Below are positions 42,873 to 52,629 of a stretch of 64,000 nt of DNA, one piece after another; position 1 is the first letter of the stretch, and every line of letters begins with the position of its first letter. The DNA comes from an uncultured Bacteroidales bacterium (GTDB taxonomy: Bacteria > Hydrothermota > 32-111), in assembly GCA_964544145.1 (NCBI GenBank), contig CAZJAT010000009.1, forward strand, positions 5,001-69,000, written 5' to 3'. Under the pieces are notes generated by a model, which was given only the letters and a program-made list of their open reading frames with translations, searched no databases and had not been told where the DNA came from. The translations under genes and the position numbers were made by a program.

Positions 42873-43602
42873 AAATAACCACATACTCATAACCGGGGGA
42901 AACCGGGGTATTGGAAAAGCCATATGCTTAGCATTTGCTAGATATAAAACTCATATACACATATGGGATATTAATGATAATGGTTTTAAGGAATTAAAGA
43001 ATGAAATTGAGGCATTGGGCTCATCAGCTTATTTTTCAAAGCTTAATGTGGCATCTTACAGTGAAGTTGAAAAAGGCACTGAGACATTGCTTGAACAGGC
43101 TGGAAGCATTGATACAGTTATAAATAATGCAGGTATAACGAGGGACAATCTGCTGATGGGAATGAAAGAGGATGAATGGGATTCTGTAATATCCGTTAAT
43201 CTCAAGGGCACATTCAATGTTTCAAAACATATAATTAAATCAATGATACGCAAAAGAAACGGTACTATTATAAATATAGCATCAGTTATAGGGTTAATGG
43301 GTAATAAAGGACAGGCAAACTATGCTGCATCAAAAGCCGGAATAATTGGATTCACAAAATCACTTGCAAAGGAAGTAGGCTCAAGAAATGTAAGGGTTAA
43401 TGCAATTGCTCCCGGTTTCATTGAAACAGAAATGACAAGAAAATTACCTGAAGAAGTGATTAAGAATTATGCCAAACTGATACCTTTAAACAGGATGGGA
43501 CAACCTTCAGAAATTGCTGACTTATGTCTATTCCTGGCATCAGATATGGCTAAATATATTACCGGTCAGGTAATAAATGTTGATGGCGGAATGTTAATGT
43601 AA
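42862..43602 (+). CDS. fabG: 3-oxoacyl-ACP reductase
   Basis: TGGNRGIG, NNAGITRD, YAASK. Confidence 0.96.
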   Translation: MISENNHILITGGNRGIGKAICLAFARYKTHIHIWDINDNGFKELKNEIEALGSSAYFSKLNVASYSEVEKGTETLLEQAGSIDTVINNAGITRDNLLMGMKEDEWDSVISVNLKGTFNVSKHIIKSMIRKRNGTIINIASVIGLMGNKGQANYAASKAGIIGFTKSLAKEVGSRNVRVNAIAPGFIETEMTRKLPEEVIKNYAKLIPLNRMGQPSEIADLCLFLASDMAKYITGQVINVDGGMLM

Positions 43603-43622
43603 AACCAAATAAAGGAGGATTC

Positions 43623-43859
43623 ATGTCAGAGGTATTTGATTTCGTAAAGAATCTGCTCGTTGAAAACATGCAGGTGGAAGAAGGAAAGATTAATATGGAC
43701 GCCAATATCATTGAAGATCTCGGTGCAGATTCCCTTGATATCATGGACATCGTAAATGATATTGAAAAACAATATGATATCACTATTCCTCAGGAGCAAT
43801 ATGAGAACCTGAAAACAGTTGGTGATGTTGTTAATTTTGTTGAAAGCAAAATGAAGTGA
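43623..43859 (+). CDS. acpP: Acyl carrier protein
   Basis: DLGADSLD phosphopantetheine site; AGGAGG RBS. Confidence 0.96.
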   Translation: MSEVFDFVKNLLVENMQVEEGKINMDANIIEDLGADSLDIMDIVNDIEKQYDITIPQEQYENLKTVGDVVNFVESKMK

Positions 43860-43862
43860 TAA

Positions 43863-43892
43863 TAATCAAACGGGATATTTCCCGTTTGATTA
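43863..43892 (+). terminator. Perfect 13-bp hairpin after acpP (terminator/stabiliser)
   Basis: TAATCAAACGGGA-TATT-TCCCGTTTGATTA; no downstream U-tract. Confidence 0.6.
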
Positions 43893-43906
43893 AATAAGGA
43901 GATCAG

Positions 43907-45139
43907 ATGAAAAGGGTTGTAATAACCGGAATGGGAACACTATCACCATTGGGAAACAATGTTGAGGATTACTATAAGAATCTTATAAATGGTGTCAGCG
44001 GTATTGATTATATAACAAAATTTGATGCTTCAACAATGAAAGTCAAAATTGCTGGTGAGATTAAAAATTTTGTACCTGAAGATATACTTACAAAACGCGA
44101 GATACGCAGAACAGACCTAGTGACACAATATGCATTGATAGCAGCTGATGAAGCAATCAAGATGGCAAATTTGGAGAACATTGATATGGACAGAATCGGT
44201 GTCATTGTTGCAAGCGGAATAGGCGGGATTAATACATGGGAAGAACAGCATGAAATACTTCTCAATGAAAGCCCTGACCGAGTTAGCCCATTCTTCATAC
44301 CAATGATGATAATCAACTCAGTCAGCGGATACATAAGCATTAAACACGGATTCAAAGGTCCTAATTATGCCATTGCCTCTGCCTGTGCTTCAGGCGGTCA
44401 TGCTATTGCAGATTCATATAATCAGATCATACTTGATAATGCGGATGTAATGATATGCGGCGGCAGTGAAGCTGCCTTAACTAAACTTGCATTTGCCGGA
44501 TTCATCGCGCTGCAGGCATTATCCACTAAGAATGATGAACCTCAGAAAGCATCCCGACCATTTGATGCAGATAGAGATGGATTTATAATGAGTGAGGGTT
44601 CTGGTATACTTGTTATTGAGTCATATGAACATGCGAAAAAGAGAGGAGCTGAAATACTCGGCGAAATCACCGGATATGGTTACAATGATGATGCTTTCCA
44701 TATCACTGCACCTATTGAATCGGGTGAAGGCCCTGCAAAATGCATGAAACTTGCACTTGATAGAAGTAAGAGAAAACCCGAAGAAGTTCAGTATATAAAT
44801 GCTCATGGAACATCAACAAAACTTAATGATCAAATGGAAACACGGGCAATAAAGACAGCTTTTAATGAACACGCTGATAATCTTCTTATTTCATCCACAA
44901 AATCCATGACAGGTCATTTGCTGGGAGCAGCATCGGCAATAGAAGCTGTTGCAACCATTATGACAATAAAAAACGGTATTGTACCGCCAACAATCAATTA
45001 TGAAAAGAAAGATCCGGAATGTGATTTGAATTATGTTCCCAATGAGGCAGTTAAAAAAGATATTGACTTTGCGCTTTCAAATTCATTTGGTTTCGGCGGC
45101 CACAATGTATCATTAGCATTTTCAAAATTCAATGGCTGA
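43907..45139 (+). CDS. fabF: Beta-ketoacyl-ACP synthase II
   Basis: ASACASG, INAHGTST, KSMTGHLLGA, SNSFGFGGHN. Confidence 0.97.
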   Translation: MKRVVITGMGTLSPLGNNVEDYYKNLINGVSGIDYITKFDASTMKVKIAGEIKNFVPEDILTKREIRRTDLVTQYALIAADEAIKMANLENIDMDRIGVIVASGIGGINTWEEQHEILLNESPDRVSPFFIPMMIINSVSGYISIKHGFKGPNYAIASACASGGHAIADSYNQIILDNADVMICGGSEAALTKLAFAGFIALQALSTKNDEPQKASRPFDADRDGFIMSEGSGILVIESYEHAKKRGAEILGEITGYGYNDDAFHITAPIESGEGPAKCMKLALDRSKRKPEEVQYINAHGTSTKLNDQMETRAIKTAFNEHADNLLISSTKSMTGHLLGAASAIEAVATIMTIKNGIVPPTINYEKKDPECDLNYVPNEAVKKDIDFALSNSFGFGGHNVSLAFSKFNG

Positions 45140-45803
45140 AGAAAAAATATACGAATTTTTCAAACAGATCGGTATAAATATCAAAAATGCCGATCTGTTT
45201 ATTGAAGCTTTGACACATAAATCATATAATGATTATGTGCATTATCAACGGCTTGAGTTTCTGGGTGACAGTATCCTCAGTTTCTTTTCAAGCGAATATC
45301 TTTTTGAATCATATGAGAATGCCAATGAAGGTGAATTATCACGAATGCGTACACGCATTGTGAGCAGAGAGGCTCTTATCAATGTATTTGATGAACTTAA
45401 TTTCAATGATATACTTAAAATTAACAGAAAATCATTCTCCGAGGAAATACCGGAATCAATAAAAGCGGATATCATTGAGAGTACACTGGCTGCTGTTTAT
45501 CTTGACAGTGGTATAAGGAATGCAAGAAAATATTTTAAATTCATTCTCAAGCACACAGGTGAAGTGCCGGATTACTTTTTTGCAAAGAATTTACTTCAGG
45601 AAATGGTTTTGAAAAGACATAAATATTTACCTGAATTCTCCGTTGTTTCAGAAAATGATTATTTTAATTGTAAGATATATATAAATGGTGAATATATTGC
45701 AGATGCAAAAGCAAAAACAAAAAAAGAATGTGAAAAAAGAGCTGCAGCTAAAGCATTAAATATTATGAAAAGGAGATACAATGAAGATAATAGTCTGCAT
45801 TAA
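45132..45803 (+). CDS. rnc: Ribonuclease III
   Basis: ALTHKS, QRLEFLGDSIL, DIIES, C-terminal dsRBD. Confidence 0.93.
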   Translation: MAEEKIYEFFKQIGINIKNADLFIEALTHKSYNDYVHYQRLEFLGDSILSFFSSEYLFESYENANEGELSRMRTRIVSREALINVFDELNFNDILKINRKSFSEEIPESIKADIIESTLAAVYLDSGIRNARKYFKFILKHTGEVPDYFFAKNLLQEMVLKRHKYLPEFSVVSENDYFNCKIYINGEYIADAKAKTKKECEKRAAAKALNIMKRRYNEDNSLH

Positions 45804-46572
45804 ACAGACACCTGATACGTCACAAATGAAATTTGATGCTGAATCAAAGACAATTATAAGAGATGGTGTCGAGAATATTGTAAACCCCTTCGATCTCTAT
45901 GCGGTTGAAGAAGCATTGAGAATTAAAGAGAATAATCCGGATACGCATATAACTGCTATAACAATGGGACCTCCTTCTGCTGAAAATGCATTGCGGGAAA
46001 TAATATCTATGGGAATAGATGATGCTTATTTAATATCAGACAAGGCCTTTGCCGCAGCTGATACATTAGCAACATCATATACACTGTCGCAGGCAATAAA
46101 GAAATTAGGGGCATTTGACCTGATTATGTTCGGTAAGCAGGCCATTGACGGTGATACGGCTCAGGTGGGTCCTGGTGTTGCAGAATTTCTTTCAATACCA
46201 CAAATAACATTTATCAGGAAAATTGAAGAATTATCAGAAAAAGAAATAACAGCTGAACGTTTGATTGAAGACGGCTATGAGGTTATAACAACATCATTAC
46301 CCTGTGCTTTGACGTGTATTAAGGAACTCAATGAACCCCGTTTGCCATCCCTTCGAGGAAAAATGAAAGCAAAGAAAGCTGAAATAATCAAATGGAATGC
46401 AGAAGATATTGAAGCAGATTCCGATATGATCGGATTCAAAGGTTCTCCAACATGGGTAATCAAAGCATTTACCCCGACAATTGACAAACAGAATATCATT
46501 TTCTCCGATGAAGATGCAGGTAAAAATGTAACGATGCTTGTTGAAGCATTGAAAGCAAAACAGATTATATAG
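45781..46572 (+). CDS. etfB: Electron transfer flavoprotein beta subunit
   Basis: KQTPDT, NPFDLYAVEEA, GKQAIDGDTAQVGP, PRLPS. Confidence 0.95.
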   Translation: MKIIVCIKQTPDTSQMKFDAESKTIIRDGVENIVNPFDLYAVEEALRIKENNPDTHITAITMGPPSAENALREIISMGIDDAYLISDKAFAAADTLATSYTLSQAIKKLGAFDLIMFGKQAIDGDTAQVGPGVAEFLSIPQITFIRKIEELSEKEITAERLIEDGYEVITTSLPCALTCIKELNEPRLPSLRGKMKAKKAEIIKWNAEDIEADSDMIGFKGSPTWVIKAFTPTIDKQNIIFSDEDAGKNVTMLVEALKAKQII

Positions 46573-46580
46573 GAGTAATT

Positions 46581-47579
46581 ATGGCTGATTTAAATGAATA
46601 CAAAGGTGTGATGATATATGCAGAACACAGGCATGGTAAGATTGAACCTGTGACATTTGAACTGCTTAATAAAGGCAGAGAACTGGCATCAAAACGCAAT
46701 GTTGAAACAATTGCCGCTATCATCGGCGGAGATATAGATAACATGGCAGAGGAATTAATACTAAGGGGTGCAGACAGAGTTGTGAAGGCATCGCTTGCAT
46801 CATTGAATAATTATCTTTCTGTTTCATATGCAAATATTATGGCTGATATAATAAACAAATATAAACCTGAAATAGTACTTGCCGGTTCAACAACAACAGG
46901 CAGAGATCTTTTCCCTCGTGTAGCTGTAAAATTGAAAACAGGATTAACAGCGGATTGTACTGAATTGGAGATTGATGAGAAAGAGGGTAAACTTATGCAG
47001 ACAAGACCTGCCGCAGGCGGTTCAATTATGGCAACTATAGTCTGTCCTAATACCAGACCCCAGATGTCCACTGTCAGACATAAAGTTTTTACAGAATTTG
47101 AAAGGGATGAATCAAGAAAAGGAATTATTGATGAATTTCAAGTATCAGAATCCATGCTCGATACAGTGACACAGTTCAAGAAGTTTGTGAAAGATGAATC
47201 TCAGACAATAAATCTCACTGAGGCTGACATCATAGTTTCAGGCGGACGCGGCATGAAATCACCCGATAATTTCAAAATGCTTGAAGAATTAGCAGCTATT
47301 ATGGGAGGCGCAGTTGGTGCATCAAGACCCGTAATTGATGAAGGATGGCTTCCATATTCACATCAGGTGGGACAGACAGGCAGAACGGTTTCTCCTAAAT
47401 TATATATTGCAGTAGGCATATCAGGAGCTATTCAGCACCTGGCTGGCATGAAATCATCTGATACTATTATTGCAATCAATAAAGACCCCAATGCTCCCAT
47501 ATTTCAGATTGCAGATTTTGGTATTGTGGGTGATCTGTTTGAAGTATTACCTGTTCTTATAAAAGAGATTAAAAAATAG
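46581..47579 (+). CDS. etfA: Electron transfer flavoprotein alpha subunit
   Basis: VSGGRG, GASRP, QVGQTG, GISGAIQHLAGM, AINKD. Confidence 0.95.
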   Translation: MADLNEYKGVMIYAEHRHGKIEPVTFELLNKGRELASKRNVETIAAIIGGDIDNMAEELILRGADRVVKASLASLNNYLSVSYANIMADIINKYKPEIVLAGSTTTGRDLFPRVAVKLKTGLTADCTELEIDEKEGKLMQTRPAAGGSIMATIVCPNTRPQMSTVRHKVFTEFERDESRKGIIDEFQVSESMLDTVTQFKKFVKDESQTINLTEADIIVSGGRGMKSPDNFKMLEELAAIMGGAVGASRPVIDEGWLPYSHQVGQTGRTVSPKLYIAVGISGAIQHLAGMKSSDTIIAINKDPNAPIFQIADFGIVGDLFEVLPVLIKEIKK

Positions 47580-47592
47580 ACTGATTGCCATT

Positions 47593-47638
47593 GAAACTAA
47601 TAATATATTTTTACATATAAAAATATATTATTAGTTTC
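47593..47638. terminator. 21-bp perfect AT-rich inverted repeat between convergent genes
   Basis: GAAACTAATAATATATTTTTA-CATA-TAAAAATATATTATTAGTTTC. Confidence 0.6.
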
Positions 47639-48071
47639 TTAATGCTAAGGTCTGCATCAATTCGCCCCTATGAATAACAGATGCTGTAAACATGGCATTA
47701 TCATATGATGCCGGCAGTTCAATGCGAATCATTGAAAATGGTTCAATTGATAAATCATTAACAACATATTTCTTTATAATGTCCCCCGATCCCATATCAA
47801 TGATTTTATAAACTAGTTGCACTCCATCAGTTTCTTCTTTTGGATTCCATAATCTCAGAATAACCTTGTTATTATCATTAAAAAAATAATCAGCCACTTC
47901 CGGGGAGAAGGAAGTAAGGGAGGAGGGAGGTGAAATGGAATGTATAGAAGTGGCTGTTAATTTATTATCCGGGAAAATTATACTGACTGTTAATGAACCT
48001 GATGCAGTCCCTGCTATTGCCTTTATTACAAATAATGTTGCAATGATTGAGAACAAAATAAATTTTTTCAT
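47631..48071 (-). CDS. Small secreted hypothetical protein
   Basis: Signal peptide MKKFILFSIIATLFVIKAIA from ATG 48071; sigma54 promoter directly upstream. Confidence 0.65.
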   Translation of the reverse strand: MKKFILFSIIATLFVIKAIAGTASGSLTVSIIFPDNKLTATSIHSISPPSSLTSFSPEVADYFFNDNNKVILRLWNPKEETDGVQLVYKIIDMGSGDIIKKYVVNDLSIEPFSMIRIELPASYDNAMFTASVIHRGELMQTLALRN

Positions 48072-48099
48072 TTTTCTACTCACTTTTTCATATCATTAA

Positions 48100-48116
48100 T
48101 GCATATGTTGTGCCAA
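48100..48116 (-). promoter_or_regulatory. sigma54 (-24/-12) promoter
   Basis: Minus strand TTGGCACAACATATGCA; GG and GC at consensus spacing. Confidence 0.7.
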
Positions 48117-48270
48117 GTGTAAGCCATCAAATACGTGCAACATACCTCAGCTGAAATTGTTTTATTTATGAGTAAAGAATGACAGTGTAATTAAAAAGAG
48201 TCATATTCCCATATACAATAATTATAAAAAATTCATTCAACAGCAGTTTAGGCATGCCATTTTATATCTA

Positions 48271-48298
48271 TTTACAAATCACTATTATTAAGTAAAAT
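48271..48298 (+). promoter_or_regulatory. sigma70 promoter for the ArsR-like gene and mgtE
   Basis: TTTACA (48271-76), 16 nt, TAAAAT (48293-98). Confidence 0.55.
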
Positions 48299-48315
48299 GG
48301 TTAAAAAGGAGATTT

Positions 48316-48648
48316 ATGGATAAAGCAATAAAAATATTTAATATATTCTCTGATAAAACAGTCATTAGGATTTACAAGATGCTTACTAAGAAAATGCTCA
48401 CACCCCGGCAGATTGCTGATATTATGGAATCAGATATTGAAATAGTGAATATGCACATAGAATCCCTTGTTCAAGCTGAAATTATAAAATTACTTCCAGG
48501 TCCTGAAAAAACATACTTTGCAAAATCTCAATCAGCAATATTTGATAAATATGCTAAATCAGTGACAGAACTCATAAATAAATGGTTTAATCAGGATGAA
48601 TGTATTATTAATGATTTTTACAGGATGAATAAATTAAAGGGTAAATGA
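48316..48648 (+). CDS. ArsR/SmtB-like winged HTH protein
   Basis: FSDKTVIRIYKML...LTPRQIADIM...VNMHIESLVQAEII fits the ArsR helix pattern. Confidence 0.6.
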   Translation: MDKAIKIFNIFSDKTVIRIYKMLTKKMLTPRQIADIMESDIEIVNMHIESLVQAEIIKLLPGPEKTYFAKSQSAIFDKYAKSVTELINKWFNQDECIINDFYRMNKLKGK

Positions 48649-50000
48649 AAAAGATATCTATTGCTGGTCCTGAATTAAAAGACATACTTAATTCAGAAAA
48701 TGCCAAAAATCAAATAGTTGAATTATTCAATGAAATGCATCCATTTGAGATATTCTCCCTTATTGAAGGTCTTGAAACACATGAAATAAGTCAGATTATC
48801 GAATATCTCAGATTCCCAAGAGGTGCACAGATATTTGAATATTTTGATGATGATGACAGGGAGGAGATATTTCATCATTTCAAGAGGAATGACATGATAA
48901 CAATGATAGAAGAGATGTCATCTGATGAACGAGTGGATCTCTTGAAATCCCTTGATGAGAATCTCGTCAACACATTGATGCCTCTCATTGCTCAGGCAGA
49001 AAGAAATGATATCAAAAAACTCTTCCATTATGAGGAAGAAACTGCTGGTGCAATAATGACAACTGAATATGCATCTCTGCCTGAAAATATAACTGTTATC
49101 AATGGATTGACTCAATTAAAAAAGATTGCTCCTGACAAAGAAACAATATATTCGATATTTGTTATTGATGAACATAGAATACTCAAAGGTGTACTATCAT
49201 TGAAGAAGCTGATAACATCACGCGATAATCAGAAAATATCAGAAATAATGAATAAAGATTTTGCATATGTGCGTATTGATGATGATCAGGAAGCAGTATC
49301 TAAGGTTATGGCAGATTATGACCTTATTGCATTGCCTGTATTGGATGCTCAAATGCATTTACTGGGAATCATAACAGTTGATGATATTGTTGATGTTGTT
49401 ATTGAAGAAGATACAGAAGACTTTTTGAGACATGGTTCTGTGTTTGAGGGCGAGACTGATTATCTGTCTTCAAACCCATTCTCACTGGCAAAACAGAGGA
49501 TTATCTGGCTTCTGCTATTAGTTCTGGTTGGCTTTGTTTCCGGCTATGTAATGGAACTCAAGGAGGATGTGCTTCAATCAGTCATTGCACTGGCATTCTT
49601 CCTTCCGCTGCTTAATGGTTCTGCAGGGAATGCAGGTACACAGTCATCCACAATAGTTATAAGGGGTCTTGCAACAGGTGAATTGGATTTCAAGCATATT
49701 GGTGAAATAATGATGAAGGAGATTGCAACAGGCAGCATTATCGGTATATTGCTGGGTATTGCAGCAGGACTTAGGGCAATTATAATGAATAATGACTTTA
49801 GGCTTGCAATAACAGTATCATTGTCCATGCTCATTGTTGTAACAACAGCCAATATATTGGGTGCATTTTTCCCTCTTTTCTTTAAAAAGATACGCCTGGA
49901 TCCTGCACTTATGTCAGCACCATTTATCGCTTCAATCATAGATATATTATCCATATTCATTTACCTGACAATTGCCGGTTATATGTTCGGCATACATTAA
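48645..50000 (+). CDS. mgtE: Magnesium transporter MgtE
   Basis: EETAGAIMTTEY, CBS pair, GIITVDDIVD, GNAGTQSSTIVIRG, DPALMSAPFIASIID. Confidence 0.96.
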   Translation: MKKISIAGPELKDILNSENAKNQIVELFNEMHPFEIFSLIEGLETHEISQIIEYLRFPRGAQIFEYFDDDDREEIFHHFKRNDMITMIEEMSSDERVDLLKSLDENLVNTLMPLIAQAERNDIKKLFHYEEETAGAIMTTEYASLPENITVINGLTQLKKIAPDKETIYSIFVIDEHRILKGVLSLKKLITSRDNQKISEIMNKDFAYVRIDDDQEAVSKVMADYDLIALPVLDAQMHLLGIITVDDIVDVVIEEDTEDFLRHGSVFEGETDYLSSNPFSLAKQRIIWLLLLVLVGFVSGYVMELKEDVLQSVIALAFFLPLLNGSAGNAGTQSSTIVIRGLATGELDFKHIGEIMMKEIATGSIIGILLGIAAGLRAIIMNNDFRLAITVSLSMLIVVTTANILGAFFPLFFKKIRLDPALMSAPFIASIIDILSIFIYLTIAGYMFGIH

Positions 50001-50183
50001 TCAATTTCATATATACACAATCCAATGTGTAATGATTAAATGACTTGACATGTTATCATTACATACACTCTAAACACATCAAATAGCGATACTTGCAGAG
50101 CAGTGTAACAATTTCATTGCATTTTGCGATTCATTATACTATAATTCAATACATTATGTATGTGTTATACTGTAACTTATACA

Positions 50184-50199
50184 TGGCACTCCAATTGCT
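50184..50199 (+). promoter_or_regulatory. sigma54 (-24/-12) promoter
   Basis: TGGCACTCCAATTGCT, near-consensus, upstream of the GGAGGT RBS and ATG 50224. Confidence 0.8.
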
Positions 50200-50223
50200 T
50201 ATTATTATACAAATGGAGGTGTA

Positions 50224-51705
50224 ATGAATGTGACAATTATTGATGATAATAAAACCCTAACTGATGCAATAAAGGTTTCTCTGGAGAATTACAAACCTCA
50301 ATGGAGTATTAACATATTCAATGATGGCGTTTCAGCACTTGAGTCAATACCCACAGATCTGCCTGATATTATGTTTATTGATATTACATTACCCGAGATG
50401 TCCGGATTGGATATACTCAAGGAAGTTAAGAGTATTGACAAGGACATTCAGGTTATCATGATAACGGCCTATCCCACAATTGATAATATCAAAACAGCAT
50501 TGAGATATGGTGCATTGGATTTTATACAAAAACCTGTACATATGAAAGACATTGTTTCTGTATTACAGACAGCAACTGATAAGAGACAGCTATTGCTTGA
50601 TTCAAGGGAAGTGATTGCCAATCTGATAAAATCAAAGGAAGATGCCATTGAGACAAGTGATATGTTTTCATTACTTGACAGGACATTGATGATAGACAAT
50701 TTTCAGAAAAAAACAATGAATATTAATAATGTAAATGAATTTATTGAAACATCTGTGAATGAGTTAAAGATCATTTTCAATACACCTTATGTGTATTTCT
50801 ACTTAATTGAGGATGATAAACCTATGAGAGTGAATTCTGTCAGTTCATTTAATGACAGCAAAGCGGATAAATTTATTGAAGCTCATAATGAAGAAATAGC
50901 CGGTTCCAGCAGAATGAATATAAGTGAAAGGGATATTATTGGATATATTAGATTTGAAAAGCTCTATTTTGGATTTATTTATATTTATAGAGATTTTGAT
51001 TTCAAAGCCCGTGAGATGGAAATACTGTCAACAACTGCATTATACTCAGCACTAAAATTTAAAAAAATCAATGTTATGCGCAAGACTGATTCCCATATAG
51101 GCACACTTATACTAACATTGATTACATTGTCCAATATCAAAGATACTGATTTCAAGCATATTGTGGAATTATCGGGAAAAATTTCTGTCAAGTTTTCTGA
51201 ATTCCTGAAACTGGATATTGATGCTATTGAAGAGATACGGTATGCTTCATTTCTCTATCATTATCTTAAAGCGGAAAATAATGCATTTGATATTGAATCA
51301 TTTTCAAAAATCATTGAGCATATGCTTTGCGAACCATCTGAAATAGATATGATGGATTTTGAAAACACAATATCCTCAAAAACAGATCAAATAGTTTTGC
51401 TTCAGAAATTAATTAATATAACAAGTTATATTGATGAACATTTTGATGGAACAGGGAAACGGGAATTCAAAGGTGAAAAAATACCCTTTGAAAGCCGGAT
51501 ATTGGCAATAACAACTGCTTTTTCAACTATATTCCTTTCAGATATTAAGAATGGAAAGGTAGATATTAAAAAAATTGTGGAGAATATGTACAAATTGTGT
51601 AACAAGCATTTTGATGGTGAATTATTATATAGATTTTCACAATTTATTGATGAATGCAGCAAAGATGCTCAGTTAATGATTAAAGTAAATGGAGGTATAA
51701 AGTGA
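50224..51705 (+). CDS. Response regulator: receiver + GAF-like + degenerate HD-GYP-like domain
   Basis: IIDD, FIDITLPEMSG, KP; EHFDGTG and IPFESRILAI typical of HD-GYP C-termini, but no HD/GYP motifs. Confidence 0.75.
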   Translation: MNVTIIDDNKTLTDAIKVSLENYKPQWSINIFNDGVSALESIPTDLPDIMFIDITLPEMSGLDILKEVKSIDKDIQVIMITAYPTIDNIKTALRYGALDFIQKPVHMKDIVSVLQTATDKRQLLLDSREVIANLIKSKEDAIETSDMFSLLDRTLMIDNFQKKTMNINNVNEFIETSVNELKIIFNTPYVYFYLIEDDKPMRVNSVSSFNDSKADKFIEAHNEEIAGSSRMNISERDIIGYIRFEKLYFGFIYIYRDFDFKAREMEILSTTALYSALKFKKINVMRKTDSHIGTLILTLITLSNIKDTDFKHIVELSGKISVKFSEFLKLDIDAIEEIRYASFLYHYLKAENNAFDIESFSKIIEHMLCEPSEIDMMDFENTISSKTDQIVLLQKLINITSYIDEHFDGTGKREFKGEKIPFESRILAITTAFSTIFLSDIKNGKVDIKKIVENMYKLCNKHFDGELLYRFSQFIDECSKDAQLMIKVNGGIK

Positions 51706-52628
51706 TTAATTATATTATTACGGAAAATGCTGACATTGTCTATGATGGGTGCAATTGGCGTATTTCATCTGCTATCAACAGCATTGAGAATGCAAGCCAA
51801 ATCATTGTAGATAATGAATATATATTGAAGCATAAACTCAATATAACGGAATTATCAGAGAGATTCGGGGATAAGCTGAATATCATTAATATTGATATAA
51901 TAAAAAATATCATTTTGAAAAGTGATTGTAGATTAAATAATGCATATCAATCCATTCTCATTGATGATAAGCAGTTTTTACTTACATCTGAATTGTCAAG
52001 AGGGGTCAATCACTATTTTCTTAATATTATTACATCAATCATTCTTCAGCTGGATATGATGAAGATGGATGATCTCACCCCGGCATTAATGAAAGGTGTC
52101 TTATCAATGGAGGAATCAATTGTTGAGATTGTTGATATAATCAAGAAAATGCGAGAGCTGAAATATTGTGACTTAAATGAAACGAGTTTCAGTTCAGTCA
52201 ATGAGGAAACAGTTGACCAATTAATCGTTTTGAAGGATTATCTGAATACACATCATACAAAGCTGACATTTTCAGGCACCATAGATGAAGATTTCAGCGG
52301 AAAGAAATATATGCTGCGTTCATGTTTTCTCATAATGATTTTATTTTTGTTTCATTCATTTCATGATAAGAAAAATTATTTGAATGTTCACTTAAGCAAT
52401 GATAAGGAAAACTTGAGTCTATTATATTCCATAAGAAACAGTGAAGAGAAGGTTGATATCAGTAAGAGCAGCAAGGTAGACAAAAGCAAACTGACAAATC
52501 CTCAACAGATAGTGTACTGGGAAATTCTTGAATATGAGTTAAAAGAGATTAATGCAGATTATTTCATTAATTATACAGAAGATAAAATGGAAATCCTTGT
52601 ATTAATACCATTGAGAAAGGAGAGTTGA
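51702..52628 (+). CDS. Degenerate histidine-kinase-like protein
   Basis: H-box-like RGVNHYFLNIITSI; no N/G1/G2 boxes; lies between two response regulators. Confidence 0.5.
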   Translation: MINYIITENADIVYDGCNWRISSAINSIENASQIIVDNEYILKHKLNITELSERFGDKLNIINIDIIKNIILKSDCRLNNAYQSILIDDKQFLLTSELSRGVNHYFLNIITSIILQLDMMKMDDLTPALMKGVLSMEESIVEIVDIIKKMRELKYCDLNETSFSSVNEETVDQLIVLKDYLNTHHTKLTFSGTIDEDFSGKKYMLRSCFLIMILFLFHSFHDKKNYLNVHLSNDKENLSLLYSIRNSEEKVDISKSSKVDKSKLTNPQQIVYWEILEYELKEINADYFINYTEDKMEILVLIPLRKES

Positions 52629-52629
52629 G

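Noticed and set aside
50045-50050. TTGACA at 50045 (and at 54185) as promoters
   Set aside because: No acceptable -10 hexamer 15-19 nt downstream in either case.
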